Positions 42,390-52,252 of a stretch of DNA of 55,199 nucleotides are shown here, piece by piece. The position numbers and the translations under genes are program-made. The notes beneath the pieces were generated by a model. It saw nothing but the letters and a program-made list of their open reading frames with translations, had not been told where the DNA came from and did no database searches. The stretch's first letter is position 1. Every line of letters begins with the position of its first letter. The stretch lies in the IMG/VR virus record IMGVR_UViG_3300037466_000352; one strand, written 5' to 3'. The DNA is from a virus (Duplodnaviria > Heunggongvirae > Uroviricota > Caudoviricetes).

Positions 42390-45233
42390 ATGGCAGTTCT
42401 GATTAAGCGCTCGTCTGTTGCTGGCAAAGTCCCTGCAACGACTGACCTGAACTATGGCGAACTCGCACTCAACTCGCATGACGGTCGCCTGTTCCTGAAG
42501 GCCAACAATGGTAGTGGTGATGCTATCGTTGAAGTAACTTCTGTCACGTCCCTTCTGAACAAGTCTATCACTGGTAGCGTTACGCTGACCGATGTGGAAT
42601 ACAAGTCCGCAATGATAGTCCTTAGCGGCGTACTGTCCGCGAATACGGTCATTACCGTTCCCAATACCCCACACGCGTTCATTGTTGTCAACAAGACGAC
42701 AGGGAACTATTCGCTCTCGATTCAGGCAACAGGTCAGACACCAACGGTCAATGTGGTCCAAGGTGCGGCTGAATCACTGTTGTGTGATACGACAGGTGTG
42801 TATGCCACGGCCTCGACGACAGGTGTGGAATTCGCAAAGCTTGTTCCTATCACAGCCAATACGACACTGGACATCACATCGGCTGGTTCGATCCTCCTGG
42901 TCACGACCTCGGGTATCACGATCACACTTCCGGCTGCAAGCAGCTATCCGGGCGGTGCAGGTTTTGGGATTCTGAACGTATCGGGTGGAAACATCTCGCT
43001 CGCACTCTCGGGCACTGACACGTCTGAATTGTCATACCCTTTGAGCGTAAAGAATAACGATTCATACTACTTCGCCTCAGACAACAGTTCGAAATGGCAT
43101 TGTGTCTGGTATTCAAATCCGTTGTCTCCGACATTTGGTGCAATCAATGCAACATCGTTGGCGACTACGGGAAACGTGTCTGTTGGTGGAACCCTAGCAG
43201 TCACAGGTACAAGCACGTTCACTGGTGCGGCCACATTCAACAACACCAATACGACCCTTTCGTCCTCGGGTGCAACGCTGAACATTGGTTCAACCAGTGC
43301 AGCAGGAACAAGTTCGATCCTGTTCAGGTCTGGTGCGGCTGGTGCGGCATATGACAGTGAAATCGTTGGTACGGGCGGTACGGCAACAAACAATAACGGG
43401 ACACTGACCTATTCTGCTGGTTCACATTCGTTCAAGATCGGTAACACAGCCAAGCTGACGATGACCAGTGGTGGTTTCGTCCTAATCAACACCACGACCG
43501 ATAGCGGTTCTGGTGCAGAACTTCAGGTCTATGGTGACATTGAATCACAGTGGGGTGGTCTTCGTTCGACTGGCTATTCTGCACCAAGCACACTGACACT
43601 TCGTCAAGCTGATGGACTGCCAAACTCGGCGACAGCTACACAAAGTGGCGATCAGGTTTCAACCGTGGTCAGCTATGGTTATGATGGTGCGGCATTCCGC
43701 AACATGGCTTCTGTTGATGTCTATGCCGAAGCCAATGTTACCAACACGTCTGCACCGGGAAATATCCGTTTCTACACGACGCCATCTGGTTCTATCAACA
43801 AGACCGAACGGATGCGCATCACGGGTGCAGGTCGTATCCTGATCGGTACAACCACGGATGACGGTTCGACAGAACTTCAGGTCAGTGGTGCAGCGTCGGT
43901 CAGCACGACCTTGGCAGTTGGTGGGAACATCACGTCCACAGGTGGTCAGGTCACTGGTACGAACAGTGCCGGTGCATTGATTGCATCGAACGGTTCAGGT
44001 GCAGGGCAAACCTCAATTGAACTGAAGCGCATTGGTGCGACTACCGATCAGAAGACGTGGGAAATCATTCAAGACGGTTCCGGTACGTTTGGTATTCGTA
44101 CCGTCAATGATGCCTACACAGGTTCACAGTACGTCATGCAGGCCGTACGTTCGTCTTCGTACAATGTTGGCTATCTGACACTCATGCCGACTGCTGGTCG
44201 CGTCCTGATCGGTACATCGTCAGACAACGGCACGGATGAACTACAGGTCAATGGCACGGTTCAGACCTCGGGTGGTATCAAGTTCTCGGACGGCACGGTT
44301 CAGACCACGGCTAATGGTGTTACTGCGCCTTCGTCTCATGTCTATACCCCGGCTGCGAATGCAACCTCGATTCAGCCGACTGGTGGTTACAGTATTGGCT
44401 TCGTTCAGGTCTTCAAGAATAATGGACGCCTGATCCCCAATGTTGATTTCACTGCACCGGATGGCGTGAATATCAACCTGACGACTGCGGCAACTGGTCG
44501 GGACAATTATGAAGTACTGACCTCGATCATCTACAGTCCGTCCACGGTGTTTCAACCTACGTCACAGGTGTTCAACCTGACCGTAGGTGCAACGACTATC
44601 AACACGACGTACATCAACCAAATCATCTGGGTCTATCAGAACAACGACCGTCTGATTCCGGGTGTGGACTTCACGGCTAATACGTCTAATGGTGTCATCA
44701 CCTTGACGAATGCTTGTACGTCGGCCACGGACAACTATGAAGTCATCACGTTCACGCCATTCGCCGTCAATGGCATGCTTCCGCTCACGGGTGGAACGCT
44801 GACAGGTGCGTTGACCGTGCAGGGTGTGATCCAATCAACCACGGGTGGTATCAAGTTCCCTGATGGTACGGTTCAGACAACAGCATCGAGTGGTAGCAGC
44901 GGGGTTGTACCAAATATTCCTGCGGCCAATGCGGCAACCACGTACACGATTGCATTGACCGATGCGCCACAAGCAAACAACTATCAAGGCATCCTTCAGT
45001 TCAGTTCGGCAAGTGCGATCACAGTAACGGTTCCGACCAACGCAACCGTGGCTTTCCCTGTCGGAACGTCGATCACCTTTGTTCAGAATGGTGCTGGTCA
45101 GATCACGATTTCGCCTGCATCGGGTGTGACAGTCAATACACCATCAACCTTGATTAGTCGTACGCAGTACAGCGCGATTCAGATCACCAAGCTTGCAACT
45201 GATACATGGCTTCTGACTGGTGACATGTCATGA
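42390..45233 (+). CDS. Long tail fibre protein (947 aa)
   Basis: VLIKRSSVAGKVP..L..GELA N-terminus; repeated G..LIGTTTD.G..ELQV.G and GGIKF.DGTVQTTA motifs; C-terminal AFPVGT.I..Q.GAGQ.T module. Confidence 0.85.
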   Translation: MAVLIKRSSVAGKVPATTDLNYGELALNSHDGRLFLKANNGSGDAIVEVTSVTSLLNKSITGSVTLTDVEYKSAMIVLSGVLSANTVITVPNTPHAFIVVNKTTGNYSLSIQATGQTPTVNVVQGAAESLLCDTTGVYATASTTGVEFAKLVPITANTTLDITSAGSILLVTTSGITITLPAASSYPGGAGFGILNVSGGNISLALSGTDTSELSYPLSVKNNDSYYFASDNSSKWHCVWYSNPLSPTFGAINATSLATTGNVSVGGTLAVTGTSTFTGAATFNNTNTTLSSSGATLNIGSTSAAGTSSILFRSGAAGAAYDSEIVGTGGTATNNNGTLTYSAGSHSFKIGNTAKLTMTSGGFVLINTTTDSGSGAELQVYGDIESQWGGLRSTGYSAPSTLTLRQADGLPNSATATQSGDQVSTVVSYGYDGAAFRNMASVDVYAEANVTNTSAPGNIRFYTTPSGSINKTERMRITGAGRILIGTTTDDGSTELQVSGAASVSTTLAVGGNITSTGGQVTGTNSAGALIASNGSGAGQTSIELKRIGATTDQKTWEIIQDGSGTFGIRTVNDAYTGSQYVMQAVRSSSYNVGYLTLMPTAGRVLIGTSSDNGTDELQVNGTVQTSGGIKFSDGTVQTTANGVTAPSSHVYTPAANATSIQPTGGYSIGFVQVFKNNGRLIPNVDFTAPDGVNINLTTAATGRDNYEVLTSIIYSPSTVFQPTSQVFNLTVGATTINTTYINQIIWVYQNNDRLIPGVDFTANTSNGVITLTNACTSATDNYEVITFTPFAVNGMLPLTGGTLTGALTVQGVIQSTTGGIKFPDGTVQTTASSGSSGVVPNIPAANAATTYTIALTDAPQANNYQGILQFSSASAITVTVPTNATVAFPVGTSITFVQNGAGQITISPASGVTVNTPSTLISRTQYSAIQITKLATDTWLLTGDMS

Positions 45234-45919
45234 TTATGGTTTCTCGTCGCCATCTCAATAGCGGTATTCGGGCGGTATCTACGTCCAATGCTGGCGCACA
45301 GACATCATCGGTCACGGTTCCTGCACCTTCAGGCATCGTGACTGGAAACATGTTGTACGCCTTTGCCGTCTATGACTCGCTGAATTCAACACCACCTGGA
45401 ACAATGGCTTCCAGTGGTTGGACCGAACATACCTCGATCAATTTCACGACCCATAACAACTATGGGTATATCACGGGATTCTATAAGGTCGCCACATCAT
45501 CTGAACCTGCGTCCTACGTGTTCACGGGCGCAAGTGTGAACGCATGTTCGGTCGTGATTGTGCAGTTATCCGGCCTGAATAGTTCAACACCATTCGGCAC
45601 ACCGGTCACGAAGAACTGCGGTAACACGGCAACTGCCACGTTCGGCACGGTCAGTCTCACGGGGACCTCGGCAGTGCTGATCGGTGCAGCACAGGCGGGT
45701 AACTATTCTGCCAGTGTTGCCAATGCGATCACGTGGGGTCCTGGTTTCAAAGATTCGGGTGATTCGACATCACAATACAACTCATGGGCGACATATGACA
45801 GTGAAGTGGTTATGTCGGCCCTGAACACAGGTGTTGGTGCTTCGTCATTCACTCCACAACCGGCAACCTTGAACAAAGCTTATTACACCGGGACCATCGT
45901 GGTTCCCTTGAAGGTCTAA
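45230..45919 (+). CDS. Fibre-tip-associated beta-sandwich protein (229 aa)
   Basis: ATGA-coupled to the fibre; Ser/Thr/Gly-rich beta protein (YKVATSSEPASYVF). Confidence 0.7.
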   Translation: MIMVSRRHLNSGIRAVSTSNAGAQTSSVTVPAPSGIVTGNMLYAFAVYDSLNSTPPGTMASSGWTEHTSINFTTHNNYGYITGFYKVATSSEPASYVFTGASVNACSVVIVQLSGLNSSTPFGTPVTKNCGNTATATFGTVSLTGTSAVLIGAAQAGNYSASVANAITWGPGFKDSGDSTSQYNSWATYDSEVVMSALNTGVGASSFTPQPATLNKAYYTGTIVVPLKV

Positions 45920-45925
45920 TCAACT

Positions 45926-47167
45926 ATGGCATCAATCTCTCAACTTACTTCACGGGTCATTGACCTCTTTGGTAGTCCTGCGACTGCTGATCCGTCCAAG
46001 CTGATGAATAATCTTGGCGTCAGTTCGGGCGGCAATGTCATCGTTGGTGCAGCTACATCCACGGATACAAGCACCGCCAAACTTCAGGTGACAGGTAAGG
46101 CCAGTGTTGACGGTCTTATTCTTCCTGATGGTTACATTCAAGTTCTTACACCGACCGGTCGTAATGTCATCATCAATGGCGACATGCGAGTGCAGCAGCG
46201 TTCCAATTTGGTGTGTTCGGCTGGTGTTGGTGGTTATGGACCGGCTGACCGTTGGGGTGCATTAAACGCAGCATCGGCGGGCGGTCAGTTCACGCAATCT
46301 GTCGGCACGATCACATGGAATAGTGTGGCCTATGCGGCCTCTATACAGACAGTGAACACGGTGATTGCCAATAGTTCTGGTGCAAACTACTGGACCGGAT
46401 TTTATCAGCCAATCGAAGGGTACAACTGTTTCCATTTTCTCGGTCAACCGACCTCGCTGTCGTTCATCTTCAATTCGAATGTGACGGGTACGTTCAGTAT
46501 TGCTATACGTGACTACACAGGGAACAACTCGTTCGTCACTACGTTCAGCTACACGACAGCGAATACTCCCAAGAAGATCACGATCAATGTACCGACAATC
46601 CCGACTTCGCTGTCCATCCCAAACAGCAATGCAGGCGGAATGTACCTGAACATCGGTGCGATCAACACCAGTGGAACATACCAGACATCAACCACTGGTG
46701 CATGGCAATCCGGCAACTACATGTATGCGGCTGGGGCCACAAATTGGGGCGGAACTGTAAACAACTTCATTGCGATCACACAAGTGAAGCTTGAATTGGG
46801 GACACAAATAACACCGTATGAGTGGATTGAATATGGCGAACTGTTCCGCCGTTGCCAACGGTACTACCAGTCGTTCTCGGGAACAGTATTCGTTGGTGCT
46901 GGTGCATCACAAAGTACCACACTCGCCTATGTATCGATTCCCTTGAATACAGCCATGCGCTCTGCACCAACGATTGGATATAGCGGTGGGCCACCACAGC
47001 TATATGGCCCAACTGCCGGTGTCCAGAACGTTACATCGTTCGGGACGATGTATTACTCGGGCGGCGCATTGGGTGTGGGTGTCAACACGGCGGCAAATCA
47101 ATCACTCGGTCAAGCGGTAGAACTGTACGCAAATGGCGGCACGATCTATCTCGGTTCGGAACTCTAA
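45926..47167 (+). CDS. Receptor-binding fibre/spike with carbohydrate-binding-like domain, paralog A
   Basis: GRNVIINGDMRVQQR...Y.PADRW...QPIEG, V.LELG...TPYE..E..EL.RCQRYY. Confidence 0.8.
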   Translation: MASISQLTSRVIDLFGSPATADPSKLMNNLGVSSGGNVIVGAATSTDTSTAKLQVTGKASVDGLILPDGYIQVLTPTGRNVIINGDMRVQQRSNLVCSAGVGGYGPADRWGALNAASAGGQFTQSVGTITWNSVAYAASIQTVNTVIANSSGANYWTGFYQPIEGYNCFHFLGQPTSLSFIFNSNVTGTFSIAIRDYTGNNSFVTTFSYTTANTPKKITINVPTIPTSLSIPNSNAGGMYLNIGAINTSGTYQTSTTGAWQSGNYMYAAGATNWGGTVNNFIAITQVKLELGTQITPYEWIEYGELFRRCQRYYQSFSGTVFVGAGASQSTTLAYVSIPLNTAMRSAPTIGYSGGPPQLYGPTAGVQNVTSFGTMYYSGGALGVGVNTAANQSLGQAVELYANGGTIYLGSEL

Positions 47168-47173
47168 TCAACT

Positions 47174-48361
47174 ATGTCAGCACAACACTCAGAACTCTCT
47201 GCACGACTGATCGACCTCTTTGGTAATCAGTCCACGGCTGATCCAACCAAGCTGTATGGAAATCTGACCGTCAATCCTACTGGTACGGTGCAAGTCGGGA
47301 CAGGTTTGATTCTTCCTGATGGTTATACACGTGCCATCACAGACATGGGTCGAAACCGGATCATCAATGGTGGTATGGATATCTGGCAACGTTCGTCGTC
47401 GGTGACAGGTTCACTGTCGGGCTATCAGGCCGTGGACCGGTTTGGCTGCACGACTGGTTCCGGCAGTGGTCATAATGCGGCACTTTCATCTGATGTTCCG
47501 AATAACGCATTTGCTTATTCGTGGAAGTTCACAGTTGGTACGGGTGCTTCCCCGGCTGCGAGTAACTTCAGTGGTATCTGGCAAAACATTGAAGGTTACA
47601 ACCTCATCGATTTTGCCTATGGTAAATCCAATGCGCAGACTGGAATTCTGACATTCTGGGTAAAGTCGTCTATTGCCGGAACGTATGCGGTTGGGTTCAT
47701 GAACAACAGTCTGAACCGGAACTACATCTCCACATACACGATCACAACTGCGAACACGTGGCAACAAGTTTCTATTATCGTTCCTGGTGACATCACAGGC
47801 ACATGGAACAATCAAGCAAGCGCCGGTCTATCGATCTGTTGGGACTTGGGTAGCGGTTCGACTTATCAGACCTCGACGCTAAATACGTGGCAAGCGGGTC
47901 AGATGTATGGCACTGCGTCATCAACCAAACTGATTGCGACCTCGGGTGCAACATGGCAACTGACTGGTGTGCAGTTTGAGATGGGTTCCTACAACTCGCC
48001 ATTCGAACGTCGCCTGATTACGACTGAATTGTCACTCGCGCAACGGTATTACTACCGGTTCGGTAGTTCGACACAAGCTGATGTCGCAGCGGGCATGATT
48101 AACACCGCGACTAGCATTTTGGCTACTATCACGTTCCCTGTGACGATGCGGACATCGCCTACCCTTTCATCCTTGAATCTGTACGGAACATCGGCAACAC
48201 AGTTGTTGGCTGGTTCGTCTTCGTCACTGAGTAACGTATCTCCACAGGCGGTTCGTCTCAACTTGGGTTGTTCTGGTGCATCTTGGACCCAAGGTCAGGT
48301 CGGTATCGTGATTGCTGGTAACGGGGCTGGTGGTTGGATCGCATTTGACGCAGAACTGTAA
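47174..48361 (+). CDS. Receptor-binding fibre/spike with carbohydrate-binding-like domain, paralog B
   Basis: GRNRIINGGMDIWQR...DRF...QNIEG, VQFEMG...PFERR...EL..AQRYY. Confidence 0.8.
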   Translation: MSAQHSELSARLIDLFGNQSTADPTKLYGNLTVNPTGTVQVGTGLILPDGYTRAITDMGRNRIINGGMDIWQRSSSVTGSLSGYQAVDRFGCTTGSGSGHNAALSSDVPNNAFAYSWKFTVGTGASPAASNFSGIWQNIEGYNLIDFAYGKSNAQTGILTFWVKSSIAGTYAVGFMNNSLNRNYISTYTITTANTWQQVSIIVPGDITGTWNNQASAGLSICWDLGSGSTYQTSTLNTWQAGQMYGTASSTKLIATSGATWQLTGVQFEMGSYNSPFERRLITTELSLAQRYYYRFGSSTQADVAAGMINTATSILATITFPVTMRTSPTLSSLNLYGTSATQLLAGSSSSLSNVSPQAVRLNLGCSGASWTQGQVGIVIAGNGAGGWIAFDAEL

Positions 48362-48388
48362 AAATAGAACACAGATCAATATTGAACT

Positions 48389-48910
48389 ATGTACACATAC
48401 ACTCTAACAACGAATCCGAACACCATCCTTCGTTCGGATGGTGCATCAATTCCTGCTGATCCGCTTAACCGCGACTACGTTGAATATCTGAACTGGAAGA
48501 ATGCTGGCAACACTCCTGCACCCGCCCCAGCACCGGACCTTGCGGTCATTCAGACTCAATTGATGGCCCAGGTCGATAACTTTGTAGCCACGGCCTATTC
48601 CAACTGGACTCGTTTCCAACAGGAATATCTCAATCGAGAATCAGCCGCACAGACATTCGCAAACAACAACTTTGTTGGCGATCCTGGCATTTGGGTGACG
48701 GCATTTGCACAAGCCGCTGGCTATGACAACAAGACTGCCGCAAAACTCATTCTTGGACAGGCAACACAGTTGAATTCTGCGCTTTCGTCTCTTGCGGCCC
48801 AACGCATGCGCAAGTATGAAATCAAGGCTGCAACAACTCTGGATGATGCACAAGCTGCATTTAATAGCATCATGACTGACATTCAGTCCATTGTTGCGAC
48901 GATCAGCTAA
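48389..48910 (+). CDS. Tail-fibre assembly chaperone-like protein
   Basis: I.R.DGASIP.DP.NRDY.EYL.W...GNTP.PA motif; follows the fibre genes. Confidence 0.7.
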   Translation: MYTYTLTTNPNTILRSDGASIPADPLNRDYVEYLNWKNAGNTPAPAPAPDLAVIQTQLMAQVDNFVATAYSNWTRFQQEYLNRESAAQTFANNNFVGDPGIWVTAFAQAAGYDNKTAAKLILGQATQLNSALSSLAAQRMRKYEIKAATTLDDAQAAFNSIMTDIQSIVATIS

Positions 48911-48953
48911 TAAGTATTGGTGCGACAATTCGTCGCATCTATAAGGAACCATC

Positions 48954-49697
48954 ATGAAATTTGCATTTCACAAGGCTAAAGACACCCTGTTCGCAAAAAT
49001 TTGTTCATGGAAGATGGAAGGACCGTACACGCACGTTGAGGCATGTTTCGGTCCTGATCCTGTCGATCCAAAGTTGACAGTGTGTGGTAGTTCCAAGTAC
49101 ACCGAAGGCGGTGTACGCCTCAAGTCACTGGACCTCAGTGACACCACGAACACATGGGACATCGTTGAAGTCCCTGGTATCGATGAAGAAAAGGCGCTTC
49201 AATGGTTCAAGGACCATTCAGGCGAACCGTATGATACACGCGGTCTGTTGCAGTTCATCACGTTCTTCCCTTGTGGTCACAATCCGAAGGGCTGGTTCTG
49301 CGATGAAGCCTGTTTGGCAGCAATCGGTATGGAAGGTGCATATCGATTCGATCCGAATGGTATGGCAGCGATCCTGAAGTTCTTAACGGGCTATCAGGCG
49401 GGCGATCTTCACCCGGCAGTAGCAGATGTAGCCAAAGGCGAACTGGACGGCGTGAAGCAACCTGTAGCGCCGCTGAAGGCCATCGAAGAAAAGATCGAAC
49501 AGGCGATCCCGGCATTGGACAGTGTTGCAACTGCTGCACAGGTGATTGCGCCGGTCCTCTCGATCATTCCTGGTGCTGCACCCGTGGTTGCTGCAATCGA
49601 AGCTGCTGCACCCGTGATTCACAAGATTGCCGAGAATGCACCGACAGTTGAAGCAGCGGGTAAAGCTGTTGCCGATCTGGTCAAACCTGCGTCCTAA
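48954..49697 (+). CDS. Permuted papain-like (NlpC/P60, YaeF/YiiX-type) enzyme with Ala-rich C-terminal extension
   Basis: YTHVE (His) ... G.PYD..G ... WFCDE (Cys); His precedes Cys, as in the permuted family. Confidence 0.65.
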   Translation: MKFAFHKAKDTLFAKICSWKMEGPYTHVEACFGPDPVDPKLTVCGSSKYTEGGVRLKSLDLSDTTNTWDIVEVPGIDEEKALQWFKDHSGEPYDTRGLLQFITFFPCGHNPKGWFCDEACLAAIGMEGAYRFDPNGMAAILKFLTGYQAGDLHPAVADVAKGELDGVKQPVAPLKAIEEKIEQAIPALDSVATAAQVIAPVLSIIPGAAPVVAAIEAAAPVIHKIAENAPTVEAAGKAVADLVKPAS

Positions 49698-49729
49698 ATT
49701 TGTACACGTTTTTCTGACACGTCTGGGAC

Positions 49730-49736
49730 CTAAATA
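49730..49736 (+). promoter_or_regulatory. Late promoter (CTAAATA) for the neck/terminase operon
   Basis: 25 nt upstream of the gp13 ATG. Confidence 0.85.
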
Positions 49737-49761
49737 GTAGAACTACAACTACGGGCAAATC

Positions 49762-50736
49762 ATGGCACTCGTACAACTCAACTCATTCGATACACTGGCC
49801 CAATACTGCTTGCAGAAGTTGGGTTCACCAGTGATCGATATTCACGTGGCCGACGAACAGATTGCCAACCGGATTTCAGACGCGTTTCAGTTCTTCCGTG
49901 AGTTCCACGGTGACGCAACGGATCGTATGTTCCTCAAGCATATGGTCATGGACAACCAGATCACCACGGCTGCTGCTACAAGCTTCAAGCTGGGTGAGAC
50001 GGTAACAGGTTCAGTCTCGGGCACACAGGCCAAGGTCACTGCAATCTCTCAAGGGCTGCTACAGGTCGGCACACCGACTGGTAGCGGCTTTGTTGCTGGT
50101 GAACAGGTCACGGGCGATCAATCTGGTTCGAATGGTGTGATCGGTACATACACCACGGGTGACATCGATAATGGCTACATCCCGGCTGGTTCTGGTGTGG
50201 TCAGCGTCATCAATGTGTTTCCGATTGCGGGCGGTGCGACCTCGAATAGCCAGTTCTCGGCGGCATATCAGATCAAGGTCAATGACATCTACAACTTCCA
50301 GTCCTCGCAAGGGTCACTGGCAACGAGTGGTCTGGCCTACTACGAAGAGACAAAAGAATACCTGAACACGATGGACAGTGTTCTTGTCGGTCAACAAATC
50401 TTCCGCTTCAATCCCAAGATCGGTCGGTTGTATATCGACTTTGACTGGCGCAACAACCTCGCACCGGGTGATTGGATTGTGGCCGACTGCTACGGTATTG
50501 TCGATGAACAAGCGTATCAAGCCGTCTGGGATGACCGGATGTTGAAGAAGCTTGCCACGGCTTACCTGAAAGAACAGTGGGGCAACAATCTGAAACTGTA
50601 TGGTGGTGTTCAGCTTCCGGGCGGCATCGTGGTCAACGGTCAGCAAATCTATGATGAAGCGGTCGCGGAAATCGAAAAGGTCGAACAGCAGATTCGAGAC
50701 ATCTATCAAGAACCGGTTGGCTTCCTGGTGGGGTAA
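49762..50736 (+). CDS. gp13: Neck protein (head-tail adaptor)
   Basis: YCL.KLG.PVI.I.V..EQ, LKKLATAYLKEQWGNNL..Y.G.QLPGG..VNG..IY.EA motifs. Confidence 0.92.
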   Translation: MALVQLNSFDTLAQYCLQKLGSPVIDIHVADEQIANRISDAFQFFREFHGDATDRMFLKHMVMDNQITTAAATSFKLGETVTGSVSGTQAKVTAISQGLLQVGTPTGSGFVAGEQVTGDQSGSNGVIGTYTTGDIDNGYIPAGSGVVSVINVFPIAGGATSNSQFSAAYQIKVNDIYNFQSSQGSLATSGLAYYEETKEYLNTMDSVLVGQQIFRFNPKIGRLYIDFDWRNNLAPGDWIVADCYGIVDEQAYQAVWDDRMLKKLATAYLKEQWGNNLKLYGGVQLPGGIVVNGQQIYDEAVAEIEKVEQQIRDIYQEPVGFLVG

Positions 50737-50739
50737 TCG

Positions 50740-51483
50740 ATGGCCGTCAACTTCTATTTCCAGAATGGTATTCCTGAATCGTTCACGAATACCCAGCGGA
50801 TGATCGAGGAATTGACCATCCAAGCAATTCAAATCGGTGGGATGGATACCTACTACATCCCGCGTGTGCTGCTACAGAACGACATCGATCCTATCTTCAC
50901 CGAAGACCGTCTCGCCAAGTACGAGAATGCGTATCGGTTGGAGATGTACCTAGAGAACGTACAAGGCTTCGAAGGTGATGGCGCACTGATGTCCAAGTTT
51001 GGCATCGAGATTCAAGATTCATGTACGTTCGTCGTGGCCCGTGCCCGGTGGGAAGCCGAAGTCGGTCGCACCGGCAAGACAATGCTTCCACGTCCGGTTG
51101 AAGGTGATCTGGTCTATCTGCCACTCACCAAGTCATTTTTTGAAATTAAGAAGGTCGTTGCGACCAATCCTTTCTACCAACTCGGTAGGCTTTTTGTCTA
51201 TCGTCTCGAATGTGAACTGTTTGAATTCAGTCACGAACAATTCGATACAGGTCTGGAAGAAATTGATGAACTGTCGAACCAATTGTCGATGGCCGATCAG
51301 GATTACTTCATCTTGACCGAGAGTGGATTGAATCTGGTCACTGAAGGCGGCGATCACATCCTTCAAGAGTTCGACATCGCGGTCAATGATCCTGCATCAC
51401 AGAACGATGCGTTCACGGCACAGGAAGAAGTCGTGCTGAACTTCAATGAGAACAATCCGTTCGGGGAAATTGACCATGCTTAA
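50740..51483 (+). CDS. gp14: Neck protein (head closure)
   Basis: IQ..G.D.YYIPR, EMYL..V.GFEG.G..MSKFG.EI.D, P.EGDL.YLP, FEI..V...PFYQLG. Confidence 0.92.
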   Translation: MAVNFYFQNGIPESFTNTQRMIEELTIQAIQIGGMDTYYIPRVLLQNDIDPIFTEDRLAKYENAYRLEMYLENVQGFEGDGALMSKFGIEIQDSCTFVVARARWEAEVGRTGKTMLPRPVEGDLVYLPLTKSFFEIKKVVATNPFYQLGRLFVYRLECELFEFSHEQFDTGLEEIDELSNQLSMADQDYFILTESGLNLVTEGGDHILQEFDIAVNDPASQNDAFTAQEEVVLNFNENNPFGEIDHA

Positions 51484-52252
51484 CAGTCAGCAAACGTTCT
51501 ACCACAAGACAACCGAGAAGGCGGTTGTAGCGTTCGGCAACATGTTCAACAACGTGTTCATCGAGCGCTATGACGGCGAAGGTCAGTTGCAACGTCGTAT
51601 CCGGGTTCCTATCAGCTATGCGCCCAAGGACAAGTTTCTGGCCCGTGCTGAACAGCAACCCAATATCGACGAACAGCGCGAAGAACTGACCCTACCTCGG
51701 CTGGCATTCGAGATTGTTGCCATTGAACGTGACAGTAATCGCCAGATGAACGCAATGCAGGGCTTCAGGGCGATGCAGACCGGACAGTTGAACTCATCAT
51801 TCAATCCAGTCCCCTACAACCTGAAGATCGCGTTGTATGCGGTTGCCAAGACCCAAGGCGATGCACTCATGATGATGGAACAGATTCTACCGACGTTCAC
51901 ACCAACATACACGTTGTCGATGAACGCAATACCGGAACTGAATCTGACCAACGATCTGCCGATCACACTCGATGGTGTATCGATTGACGACAACTTTGAC
52001 GCACCGAAGTTCGAAGAGCGCCGTCAGGTCATCATCACTTTTGAGTTCACGTTGCAACTGAACTACTACGGCTATGTGAGTGGTGCGAAGGGCGTCATCA
52101 AGGACGTACAGGTGGACTTCTATTCAGCCCCGGATATGGCTACGACTGAAGCACTGGAAGGTGTTGAAGTACAGGTCAACCCATTGACGGCAAACCAGGG
52201 TGATACCTACACGATCCTGACAACGATTCAAGGATTCAACGGAAACGACTGA
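51476..52252 (+). CDS. gp15: Tail sheath stabilizer / terminator
   Basis: FYH....K.VVAFG.MFN, RVPI.YAPK.KFL.R, LPR..FEI, PVPYN, EQILP.F.P motifs. Confidence 0.9.
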   Translation: MLNSQQTFYHKTTEKAVVAFGNMFNNVFIERYDGEGQLQRRIRVPISYAPKDKFLARAEQQPNIDEQREELTLPRLAFEIVAIERDSNRQMNAMQGFRAMQTGQLNSSFNPVPYNLKIALYAVAKTQGDALMMMEQILPTFTPTYTLSMNAIPELNLTNDLPITLDGVSIDDNFDAPKFEERRQVIITFEFTLQLNYYGYVSGAKGVIKDVQVDFYSAPDMATTEALEGVEVQVNPLTANQGDTYTILTTIQGFNGND

